A DNA stretch of 64,000 nucleotides from Negaprion brevirostris. Taxonomy: Eukaryota. Shown here piece after piece: positions 22,693-34,370 of the stretch. A program made the translations under genes and the position numbers. Within the stretch, counting starts at the first letter, position 1; every line of letters begins with the position of its first letter. The stretch lies in contig JARDVH010000157.1 of assembly GCA_030324005.1 (NCBI GenBank), positions 21,608,618-21,672,617 on the forward strand, written 5' to 3'. A model generated the notes under the pieces. The model did not search any database and had not been told where the DNA came from. It saw nothing but the letters and a program-made list of their open reading frames with translations.

Positions 22693-25600
22693 TTGATTAT
22701 ATATATTCATTTGTATGCACTCCATTCTGAGTTGAAGCACACAATTTTTCCATAGCTTCTCGCTTACTGCTATAAATGGCTTCATTGTCCCTTTGTGATG
22801 CTTCTCCATATTCCTACCTGCAGAAAATCAGAAGGTGAATTGCTTTGCTTTAGTGTTGCTATTTTAGGATTTGTACTTGTACTAATGCAGTCCTTCCAAT
22901 TCCCATGTTATTGTNNNNNNNNNNAAACTGCTCCACTAAAGTTAGAATTTTTAAAATGATTTTTGTGGTTGTAATTTACTTAATTGTGCTGGCTAAAATT
23001 CAATGGAGAAAATACTTTTAATGCAACTGCAAAAGGTTGACTCAAATGCATTTGGTGTTAAATTCTTAAGTTATTTATCTGAAGTGTGTGTTCAGTTTCT
23101 GAGACGACAATAAGAATTTAAAGGTGGAGGCTGAGATGTTGCTGATACAATTATAGATTTCGTGGTTGTTTGACATTGTGCTGTGATCTTCTCAGAAGAG
23201 CAGATTTACTGAGTTCATTTTTTTGTCCTTGTTTGGTTAAGGATCATGCTTCAATTGGCCTATTGATTTATTTGAAATGCTCTTTATGCATTGTTCAGTC
23301 TTGGCTAATATGGCTTTCTGCAGGCCTATTTAAACCATACTGGAGGTTTGTGCCAGTATTGTGATTNNNNNNNNNNNNNNNNNNNNTTAGAAATCAAAAC
23401 TTGGTTGTTTTGACAATCCACAACATCGTTTGAATCTCTGGAAAAGTAGCAAATGTCTACATATTTAAAATCTAGGTGCAATTTCTAGGCCAAATAATGA
23501 TTGAGTGATTGCTCCGGTGTAATGGTGCCTTGTACTTGGACTTGTTCTGTGGAAAATGCCACCTGCGACAAACTGGAGAGGATGTGACTGCTGGTTGTGA
23601 CTCAGAACAGGACGTTCGGCAAGTCAAAGTCTCAAAATGGTTTTGCAAATTTGTCAGAATAATTTTGAGCAAAATTCAGTTGGTAATGCTGCGAAACAGC
23701 TGCTGAGTCCTGCATATGAAATAGGTTAAGGAAAATGCACAGAGTTAAGCTTGAAAAACTGCACTTTGTTTTGCATGTGTAAGCAAGTCTTGACTATATT
23801 TCTTTCCCTCGGGCATGAATCTAGGTTTAAGATTTCCTTTCAAAGTCTTGTGGTTGATGCTGCTTTCTAGCTGCAACAATGGCAGCAGTTGTGTAAGCTA
23901 GTGCAGTTTTTGAAGTTGATCTTTGTTTAAATTGATTATTTCAAAGTTTATATATGGCTATTTAGTACGCTTAGGCAAAGCAGTTTACCACAAGCTTCCT
24001 GATTTTGGTATACATAGCAACTATGTCACAATTCAGTAGATTTTGTTCTGTGACCTAGTCTACTGATTTGTATCAGTTCACATCAAACATTATGAATTGC
24101 TAGCTGCAGTATATTTAAGTGGGACTCAGGCTAATTACTTTTCATTAACTACATTATCAGTTTACTGATCAATATTTTGTTATATATGTAGCAGCTAGGC
24201 TGATCTCCAGGTAACCAGAAGTGACTGCGACTCCCACCTGTCTTTCATGTAATTGCTTGAAATGTTTGCTTCATACTTTTCCACATAAATAAAAAATCAG
24301 ATTATTGGGAAACATATTGTGTGGATTTTGATTAATCCTCATAGTCCATGGGCATGGTTCGGTCTGCATTCGTACTTTTTCCTGATGAAAGATTCCGCTG
24401 AAGTTTGTTTGGAAAGGGAATATAATGGGATTTATGGATGAAATTACTTTGTGGGACAGGAAATGAATTAGATAACTGCAGCTATGCCTCAGGACAGTTA
24501 TTATCCATTACGTTTTTCAATTTGGCTCAATTCAGGGCTCAACTTAAAGAGCATGGAATGTCCTAAATAATTATGTTTATCTAAATGATCCACTTTTTCT
24601 GTTGGGATCAAGATTCAGTCGCACACCTGGAACAGATCATGTGTGCGTCATTGCTGTAGTACAGGCCATAGCATGTTTAGCATTCCAGAGATTGTGTTCA
24701 CTGCTCAATCAGTTTTTAAGTTGCTTTTGAAGCCTCACATGCAAAGTTTTTTGACAGACAATGTATTGCCATTTATTGTAATCTGAACCATTAGATGCAG
24801 TACTCTGATATGTGAGTCTATCCTTCTGGCATCCTTTTAGCTTATGTCTTTTGACAATGCTGGGAGCAGGAGTAGCAATTTTGTGGTGTGTACAAAATAT
24901 GTTATATTTCTATAATATGCATTGAAATAATACCAATATTTCAGGTCATGTGATTCTGTTCAATAATTTTGTGGCATCACTGCCTATTTTCTGACTCCTA
25001 TCATAACAAAAATAACTGAAAATTAAATAATTCTTTTATTAAAGAATCATTTATTTTCCTTCCAAAATGTGTTACATGGTCAAAGTCTTTGCAGTCTTTA
25101 GTTGGCCTAAGATTTTCTATCTTCATCAGCACAGTTTGATATTATGCTTCCTATGCCCAGTGCTGAATCATCTGTTTATACTTTAAGCAAAATGGACCCA
25201 GCATTTATTCCTAAGTTTTACCGTTTTTTGACTCTTCAAATTAAGCAACAGCCAGTGATACTTTGCTTCCTGTCAGTTAACCAACTTGTTATCCACGCCA
25301 TTGCATTTTTTATACGCTTCCTGTATGACATCACCATTCCTGTAACAACCTTTAAAATAGATATGAATTTCAGTGACCGATTTGAAGGATCACATAAATT
25401 AAGTTTTAAGACTTCTACTGTAACACAAACACTTAAATCAATTTAGATTAAACATTATTTAGTTGGCCACTGATGTACAAAATTGCAACAGTAACTTCCT
25501 AACACTACTGAAATATCCATGGTATGTTTATTCATTATACTGCACTCTCTGTAGAGATGCTGCATTGTGATTAAAGGCCAAAGCTGGTCTCACCTTTTAA

Positions 25601-26204
25601 CAGGATCTCTTCTCCCTGTTTCACCAGGGTGAATCTTCAAAAATCCTTTTAAACAAAGACCCCTTCATTCAACTCTATGAGCATTATCAAATGGATTTCC
25701 TGTTGCAAGGTGCCTTCTGACAATTATGTGGTCTTTAACCCCTTGTTCCCTCAAGTTACGTCCTCATCAGCCTTCCACTAGGTGATTAATCGAAAAGCAG
25801 TGTTTTCCTTCTGCCTCGTAAAGCAGTCCCTGTTTATGAATCGTCGTCTTGAAAGTTTTGGTCTGACAGCCTCTGGAGAGCCAAGGCAGCAATAAGGCCA
25901 GTGCTGTCTTTTTTGTGTCCAGGTGTTAAAATGGGCCCCTTGTTTTTCATAAGCTTTGATTTTGGGCCCTGTCCCAATGGCAATCAGCTCATATGGGCTT
26001 GCCTCTGGGCAGACTTACTATGAGGTCACATGGACATGTTTTGGACAAATCCTTTTGGGAGGTCCCTTTTTTTTCCCTCCTTCGCCTTCCAAACTACACC
26101 ATTTCACCTTGAATTGAAACATAACTGTCTTATAAAGGCCATTGTAGTATCTTACTGAACTCCTTCTGAAATTATATTGTACGTTAAAAAATATATATTA
26201 TTGT

Positions 26205-26745
26205 GACATAGAAGTTGCTAGCAAGGCCAGCGTTTATTGCCCATCTCGCATTGCCTTTGTGTAGTTGGTGATGGGGAGTCCAGGTGATCAAGGTGCTCGC
26301 ACAATGATATTGGGTATTGAGATCCAGGATTTTGACCTTGCAATTATATAGGAACAGTTTATATATTATATGTCCAGGTCTGGATGGTGTGTGATTTAAA
26401 TGGAACTTGCAAGTGCTGATGTTCCCATGCACGTGTTGCCCTTGTCCTTCTGGGCAATTGAAGCCGCAGATGTGGGAGGTGCTGTGGAAGAAAACTTGAT
26501 AAATTGTTGCAATGTGTGCTGTACTTGGTACACACTGCAGCCATGGTGTGCCATGGAGGGAATTAACTTGGATCTTTATGCTTTGAGTGGGCTATCGATT
26601 AAGGGGACTGCTTTGTTTTGGATGGTGTTAACACTCTTGCATGCAGCTGCTGCACCCATTGCAGCAAGTGGAAAACGTTCCACTGCACTTTAGATTTGTG
26701 CCTTGAGAGTGATGGGGTGGCTTTGTGGAGTCAGAAAGTGGATCA
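26205..26745 (-). mobile_element. L2/CR1-group LINE 3' fragment
   Basis: Reverse-oriented copy: GCAAGGCCAGCGTTTATTGCCCATC ... GGTACACACTGCAGCCA. Confidence 0.7.
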
Positions 26746-27445
26746 TTCATCCACAGTATTTACTCCATCTATTGCATTTCCTTTATCTGTATCATTTATA
26801 TCTTTTTAAAAATATCTGCCAAACATTTTGCCTAAGACAAATCCATGGGGACAGTAAATGCTCTCATGATGTCAGATTAGACATTTGAAGAGCTTGGTCA
26901 CATCTGACATTCTTGTCTGTCGTCACCCAGTTTAATCTTATCTCCTAATTTTGTGTCGCATTTGTCACTACATAATTATTGTCTACATTGCTATGACCAT
27001 GGCCACACATATGGAAAGAGAGAAATTAAAATCATTCAAAGCATTTATGATCCTTTCTTCTCTTGAAATATTGAATTAATATTTAATATTAATTACTCAT
27101 ATTGAAATAGTATCAATGCACTCATGTTTCTGTGATTTTTATTATTCATTCTTGGAATGTGAGCTGGCCAACATTGTTGCCCATCTATAATTGCCTTCAA
27201 AGAAGGTGAGCTGTCTTCTTGAACTACTGCAGTCCCTGTAATTGGGTTATACTGACAGTGCTGTTAAGGAGGAAGTTCCAGTTTTTCACCTTGTGACATT
27301 GAAGGAGCACTTTATTGATTAGTTAATAATTATGACCATTTGATTGTATTGAGAGCTAGAAGGATAGGTACAGGTGATAGCAGAACAATCTACAAAAATG
27401 TTATGAAAATGGATATCTATCTGTGGAATGGAATTGTTCAGATTG

Positions 27446-27782
27446 TTTTATTGATTCTTTGGGACACGGGTGTCCCTGGCTGGTCAGTATTTATTGCCCA
27501 TCCCTAGTTTCTGAGGGCAGTTGAGAGTCAACCACATTGCTGTGGCTCTGGAGTTGCATGCAGGCCAGACTAGGTAAAGATGGCAGATTTCCTTCCCTAA
27601 AAGGTATTAGTGAACCAATGGGATTTTCCAACAATCGACAATGGTTTCATAGTCATCAGTGGATTCTTAATTCTAGATATTTTTTATTGAATTCAAATTC
27701 CACCATCTGCTATGGTGGAATTCAAACCCGGGTCCCCTCAGCTAAGTTTCTGGATGAATAGTCTAGCGATAATACCGCTTGG
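27446..27782 (-). mobile_element. tRNA-derived SINE (same family as 6238-6587)
   Basis: High similarity to the reverse complement of 6238-6587; ends ~100 bp upstream of CAPZB exon 2. Confidence 0.85.
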
Positions 27783-27880
27783 ACAGTTTGAACTTGCTGG
27801 GCAAATAATTGTTTTTCTGTTCCATATTTTGTAGCATAAATGCAGATTTCGTTATTGACATTATCTCATCCTTTCCCTAG

Positions 27881-27982
<102 letters not shown>

Positions 27983-29254
27983 TGAAAATATTGACCACTT
28001 GATTTGGGTTCAGTAATGCCAGTTCCTACCTTGTGTGCTTTGCACGGCCAGCAGGTAGTCAATGTTAAATAAGAAAAGAACTTCAGATGCAGGTGAAATA
28101 AAAGCAGATACACAACATGGCTGTCAGCATCTCTAGTTGGAGGCAGGGAGGGCGGGAAGGGGAAGAACAGCAAGTTATGACAGGTAACTTTGGATCTGGG
28201 TTCTTCATTCAAATGTTAAAGGTGTTGACTAACCTGTGTGTTTCTGTTTTGTATGCCGAAATAAACTTGCCAGATTTGGCAGCCATAATAAAATCTAATC
28301 TGCTGCACGTTTACTTGTGCTCCAACATTATGTGGTGTTTTGATTTATAAACAGCTTTATTGCAATGCTTATTCAAACTTTCATTTTCCAGAAATTGGTA
28401 TAATTAATCTGGTGTCATCACATTCGCTGTAACTTGTTTAAACAGTAATCCAGTTTTCCACACATCAGATTAGAACAATCTTGCTTTCTCTTGCCTAATT
28501 GCCACTATAATGTCCAANNNNNNNNNNNNNNNNNNNNNNNNNNNNNNNNNNNNNNNNNNNNNNNNNNNNNNNNNNNNNNNNNNNNNNNNNNNNNNNNNNN
28601 NNNNNNNNNNNNNNNNNATGTCCAACTGCTTGTTTTCCAAACATGATACTGAATCAAGAATTCTGTTTTCACACTTGATATGATCAGAAACTAATTGTAG
28701 CACTGGAACTAGATGCCATAATTAATTGGTCAGTAAAGCAGAAATACCTTTTCCTGTTCCTGAGTCCTCCCCATTTTTAGTTTCATTTTATTCTACAGTG
28801 GTTTATGTTAGTATTAATATTCAACTCATTTTCATTTGGAGTGTCTTAAATTTTTTTTTGTTTGCTTGCCACTGAATTGAATTATATCTGTTTTGAAATC
28901 CCTGTTTTTCTTCATCGTTGTTCGTGTATCAACTTTTCAAAGGTTCCGTTTCATTTTAAAAGGCTTTACAAGATCTTTTATGAAAACTCATTCATCTGTG
29001 TTTCATCAAGTTGTAACTTCAGGATAAAATAACCCAAATACTTTTGATTTTTCATATCTAGGATAATCTGTCTTCTCCATGCACATTATATCAAAGGTAA
29101 TTTCAACCCAGAAAAATGACCTTAACTCTGTGCCAGATCTTTGCTTTTGTTGGAATCTTTATAGTTTTTCTCCTGTTATCAGTAGGCCTGTGACTATTAT
29201 AGTCCTGCTACAGTTATTAGTCAATAGCCATGTGTGATATTGTAGTCCAGAGAA

Positions 29255-29506
29255 GCACAGTGGTTAGCACTGCTGCCTCATAGCGCCAGGGACCAGGGTT
29301 CAATTCTCATCTTGGGTCACTGTGTGGAATTTGCACGTTCTCCCCATGTCTGTGTGGATTTCCTCTGGGTGCTCCCATTTCCTCCCACAGTCTGGTTAGG
29401 TGCGTTGACCCAAACAGGCGCTGGAATGTGGCGACTAAGGGAATTTCACAGTAATTTCATTGCAGTGTTAATGTAAGCCTTACTTGCGACTAATAAATAA
29501 ACTTTA
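29255..29506 (+). mobile_element. V-SINE with HE1 head and an alternative 3' tail
   Basis: Head GCACAGTGGTTAGCACTGCTGCCTCATAGCGCCAGGGACC; tail TTCATTGCAGTGTTAATGTAAGCCTTACTTGCGACTAATAAATAAACTTT. Confidence 0.88.
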
Positions 29507-29521
29507 AAAATACTAATAAAA

Positions 29522-29952
29522 ATTAATAAAGAATAATAAAAACGGCTAATGGAATGTTGCCTTCATCACGAGGGGGTTAGAATTTGAGTGAGGAACTGAT
29601 AGTAGGGACTCGGGCACCATCTAGTGTACTGGGTTCAGGTTGGACAGAGAACTTCAGGAATGATGCATGAAGCAGAAGCAGTATAATGCAAATGCCACAA
29701 CACGATGCATGTGCTTGAAGGGCAGTGTTTGAGGACAGGTTGCATAAAATTGTTTCATAGTCCCTTGAGTTTAAAAGGTTAGGTGGTGAGCTAACAGACT
29801 TATCAAAATAAAGAGCAAAAGAAAGGTACAGGTACAGAAAAACTATTTTCTCTATTGGAAGAATCCAGAACCTGATACATAATCTTAAAGTTACAGCTTG
29901 ATGATTTGGGAGTAAATCAGAAACACATTTTCACACATGGTGGCAGAAGTCT
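29522..29952 (+). mobile_element. Old CR1 fragment
   Basis: GGCTAATGGAATGTTGCCTTCATCACGAGGGGGTTAGAAT (ANGML.FITRGLE) and a diverged downstream CR1 ORF2 end. Confidence 0.6.
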
Positions 29953-30001
29953 AGATTGGCCTTGTCATTTTTGGCCTATCAAGATTTTTTTTGAAGTTTT
30001 C

Positions 30002-30344
30002 TTTATTCTTTAATGGGATGTGGGCAATGCTGGCAATTGCTCTTGAGGTGAGTGGCTTGCTAAACTTTTTCAGAGGGCAGTTAAAATACTGTGGATCTGG
30101 ACTCGCATCAAGTAAGAAGGACAGATTTCTATTGCTAAAGAACATTTGTAAACTGGATATGTTTTTACAACAATCAGTAATATTTCATGGACACCGTTAC
30201 AAATTAGTTTTCAATTCCGGATTTCATTATGAATTTTAAATTCCACCAGCTGATATGAGGAGATTTGAACTCTTGTCCCCAGAACATTAGCCTGGCTGCT
30301 GGATTACTAGTCCAGTGACGATATCACTTCATTACCATCTCCCC
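30002..30344 (-). mobile_element. tRNA-derived SINE (family of 6238-6587), diverged
   Basis: AAATTCCACCAGCTG...GATTTGAACTC...CCCCAGAACATTAGCCTG...TGGATTACTAGTCCAGTG. Confidence 0.75.
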
Positions 30345-32151
30345 TGAGATGATTGTGATGGTCTTTCCATGGTCCATGCCAATTTACAGTTAAGATCTGT
30401 ACAAGGTTTGGATTTAATCTAGATGATGGGTGACTTGTCAGTCAGTTGCTAAATCAATGGAAACCCCCTCATCACTTCTGTGAGGGAGGCCCAGCAAAAC
30501 TACTCAGCCTTCAGCCTTTCCTAGGATTTAGGCTGGCAGTACCACTGGAAACAGTGGCTGGTGCCAATAATCCTCCTGGAACCTCACCAGGATCACTGCT
30601 CAATTCCTGGATGCGGGTCACAGGGGTGGATTGGGGGTTGTTGGACAGGATGAGGTGTTTGGAGAGGGAGATGTTGACTTTCAATGTGTCCTCCCTCCCC
30701 TTTCCATTGTTCCCCAGTTGGTCACTGTGCACCTCAATAAGGAGATGGCATTCCCCACCCTCACCTCCACCTGCACACAAAGCCACAGGCTGTTGGGCAG
30801 CCTTTTGGACGCATGCAAGTGTTGTACAACTCCCATTTAATCCTTGAACCATCAGTGAATTCCAGTGACCTCAGGGATATTGGTGTCAAATGGCTTGTCA
30901 GTGGGCCTAATAGACATCCCAGGCCCAAGCAGGTGAGTTGCATGCATCCACCCCTAACTGCTCTCAACTTGATCGTGGGTGACTTTCTTAGCATTCGCAA
31001 CGAATGCGCAGCCTCCTGCGTCATTTAGTGGGTATGGCTGCCATGCATTCCACTACAACAGGTGGATTAAATTCCACCCTAAATGTCAGGATCCTTTCTG
31101 GTGACATGTTCACAGCAAGGCTTTTAGCACGACTGAAGAATTTTGAAGTTTGTTCAGCCTTTTAGGATTTGAATAATCAATTTTAGGACTTGGAAGGCTA
31201 AGCTTACTACAGAAGCATAGATTTGTCATAGCATCTTTAACATAAATCTCCCAAAGTACTTTACAACAGGGTTACATATTACAATGGACATTGAAACACC
31301 AAGGGAGAGATTAAAAGGGGTGACTGCGCTTGGTATGAAAGGTAGTTTTACCAAAGTTTGTAAAACTGAATGAAGTAGATAGGTTTCATGAGGTTGTTAC
31401 AGAGAACAAGTCTTGCCAGCTTAACGCTTTGCCATGAATCAGGTAAAGGGAGAAGAAGCAAATGTAAGAACAGAGTATGCACACCAGATGAGATGGGATG
31501 AGGTTGAGGGATTTTTAGACAAGAATGAGGGTATAAGTTTCATGAGTTTGACACAGGCTTTCTAACCTTGAGTTTAGAAAGAGATGAAGTTTCAGTCACA
31601 AAAAGAAGCACTATTCTAACCCAGGCCAAGGTGCAGATACTACTTGAAGAATAACTGCTCGCAGTTAGTGCATTGATGCAATAAAATCCTGGCTGCAGAA
31701 GTTGGAGTTGTGGCAGCTTGGTGGAGTTGGAGTACTTAGGAGGCATTTTGTAAAGTTCTTAAATGGGAAACATATTCAAATGATTTCTACTCACCCATAA
31801 AACTGGCTGATTATACTGTTTGATATGTAAACTGTTTGCACTCAGAGTACAAAGGAATCATATACCTGTGGTAGGTAATTTGTTGGTGCTTTGTGCAATA
31901 CACACCAGCAAGATCAGAAGAATTTGATTGTCACAAATACCAGATCAGGAGGATCTCTAACTTTTTATTGTGAATTCCACATGGTGATTTGCGTAACTAA
32001 TCTAGTTACAAAACATAGCTCAGTACTAGTCAGTTGATAGTCCTAACATTCACTACTTTGGTTTATAGAAGATGACCTAAAGCTTTTGTTTAATTAAACA
32101 TGTAATCAGAACAGTCGCTTAATATTCATTTTCATGCCAGTAACTAAACAA

Positions 32152-32321
32152 TCCATAAGTGTGCAGGTTAGGTTGATTAGCCATGCTAAAATATTGCCCC
32201 TTAGTGTCAGGGGATTAGCAGGGTAAATATGTGGATTACGGGGATTGGGCCTGGATAGGTTTTTATTGGTGCAGACTCAGTCGGCTAAATGGCCTCCTTC
32301 TGTAATGTAGGGATTCTCTGA
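32152..32321 (+). mobile_element. HE1-type SINE 3' half
   Basis: GTGCAGGTTAGGTTGATTAGCCATGCTAAA...TGTAGGGATTCT. Confidence 0.85.
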
Positions 32322-33799
32322 CTCAAATCCATGAAATTATATATTTTACTTCTATTTGAATAATCTGTGTTTTAGGCACATGACAATTTATGTGCATTAC
32401 CCATTGGATGATTTTGGTGCCATCTCTTTAATGTTATATTTGTTAATTTAATCCTTTTTTAAAGAAGATGGCAAGATGGAGGGGATAATACATGGAGAAC
32501 CAAAGAGCAGTTGTGTCAAGACTACACTCATGCTTTATCCAAGAAATCCACAGAGGAACTCAAAACTTTATTGAAAGAGAATGATCGGTGTACGGCACCC
32601 TACAGTGCTGAATGCTTGTGTGGTAAACATATATATGTAATATAAGATTTATCTGCACTGAGTTTGTTTTCTGGTAGAATTAGAGTATGCGGCAAAGACA
32701 GTGTTACTATTGTCATGTCTGTGACAAGTCCGTGTTCCCTTTTGGATAAAATGGGGTTAATAGAACCAATATGGAAAGGAGAGGAGGTAAGAATTGATTG
32801 AGAGATGGGACCTATTAGGAAAGAGGGTATTTGAGTTGGTGGGTGATAGTGGAGGAAGTTAATATTTGGTGACATTCTCCAGATTGTAGATGTGGCTCCT
32901 TTGCGGTTATGTTAGATCCACGCTAGCTGAATGGGTCACAGTGATGGCAAGGGTTGGAGTAACTATCTTTGGCAGCATGCATCAGTTATACGGGCATGAA
33001 TTAGCGAGAAGGCAAAAGAGAAATGACAATTCGGATTCTTAAAAATCAGCTATGGACTATCCTTATTTCCTAGCACTTAACCATTATAATAACATGCTAG
33101 CAGTTAATGGTGGGTAATAATGGAATTTGACACCACAGCTATGATTTAATGAGGTGATAATTGCTTGCACGTAGCTGTGGATTTTTTTTTGTTTTTCGAA
33201 AATCAACCGCAGAATTACAACAAATCGTACTGGCTTCATAGACGCATATATGGGTATTCTGTCTTGGTTTACAAGTATATTTGTACACTACTGCAATAGA
33301 CACTTGGCAGACTGCAGTACCTCTGACCCACAGAAACTAGGACACCACATGCCTTGCACCAGAAGTCTGGCTAGGAAAGGAACAGCTGCTATGAACAGAC
33401 TCAATCACCCATAAAGGCACAAGGAACTCAGCCATATTACATTATTAGAAATGTCAAGCAGTTGCTACTTGATCAAATGCTGCGAGTATTTTAGCAGCAG
33501 TGGCGATGACATTCTATTGCAGAGTGGTACCTCTCAAGCTGATTAAAAGCTCTTGAATGTTTGTATCTGCAAACTTGCATCACCAGCAAAGGAGCAGCCA
33601 GGTCGTTAGCAAATTTAGGTAAATAACTTCCTCCTTGGGGCTCCTTGGAGCAAATGGGCAGTGCTGAGCTAATGCATGTTCAGCTCATTCTGTGCTGCTG
33701 AGGGCTATTCAGAATGAGTTAAATTGTGCCTCTTGAGTCTCAACAGTTTGTATGATGATTTTGTTAAATTCCAACTATTGTCAATTGAATATGGCTCGA

Positions 33800-34075
33800 T
33801 TTAGAGACTAGAACTAGGGGGCTCAGTTTAAGAGTAAGAGTTCTCTCTTTTGAGACAGAGATGAGGATTAATGTTTTCCCTTGGGTCTTTAGTAATTCTT
33901 TTTCCAGAAAGCAGTGAGGGGCTGTGTCAGAGTTAGATTTGTGATAGACAGGGGGAATCAGTGATTATGGATGGCAGAGAGGAAAGTGAAGTTAAGATCA
34001 CAAGCGAATCAGCCATGATCTTATCGAAGGATGGAATAGGCTTGAAGGGCTGAATGGCCTACTGCTCCCAAATCC
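33800..34075 (+). mobile_element. CR1 3' tail
   Basis: CTAGAACTAGGGGGCTCAGTTTAAGAGTAAG...TCAGCCATGATCTTATCGAA...GAAGGGCTGAATGGCCTACT. Confidence 0.8.
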
Positions 34076-34086
34076 TGCATTCACAG

Positions 34087-34370
34087 GAATCATTGAATCC
34101 CTGCTGTGCAGAAAGAGGCCATTTGGCCCATTGAGTCTGCATTGACCACAATTCCATTCAAGCCCTATTCCCACAGCCCCACATATTTACTCTGCTAATC
34201 CCCAGACACTAAGATCAATTTAGCATAACCAGTCAACCTGATCTGCACATCTTTGGACTGTCGGGGGAAACCAGAGCACCCAGAGGAAACCCAGACAGAT
34301 ACGGAGAGAACATGCAGACTCCACACAGACAGTGACCTGAGGCTGAAATTGAACTGGGTCTGTGGCACAG
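34087..34370 (-). mobile_element. HE1-type V-SINE
   Basis: Matches the other HE1 copies; a second tail fragment follows at 34526-34652. Confidence 0.88.

Noticed and set aside
30400-31085. Moderately GC-rich block with several overlapping ORFs
   Set aside because: No recognisable protein or splice structure. It is probably a decayed non-autonomous repeat, but I cannot assign a family.
33133-33180. Hairpin CCACAGCTA...TAGCTGTGG, possible pre-miRNA or snoRNA
   Set aside because: The stem is only ~9-11 bp, and there are no canonical C/D or H/ACA boxes.
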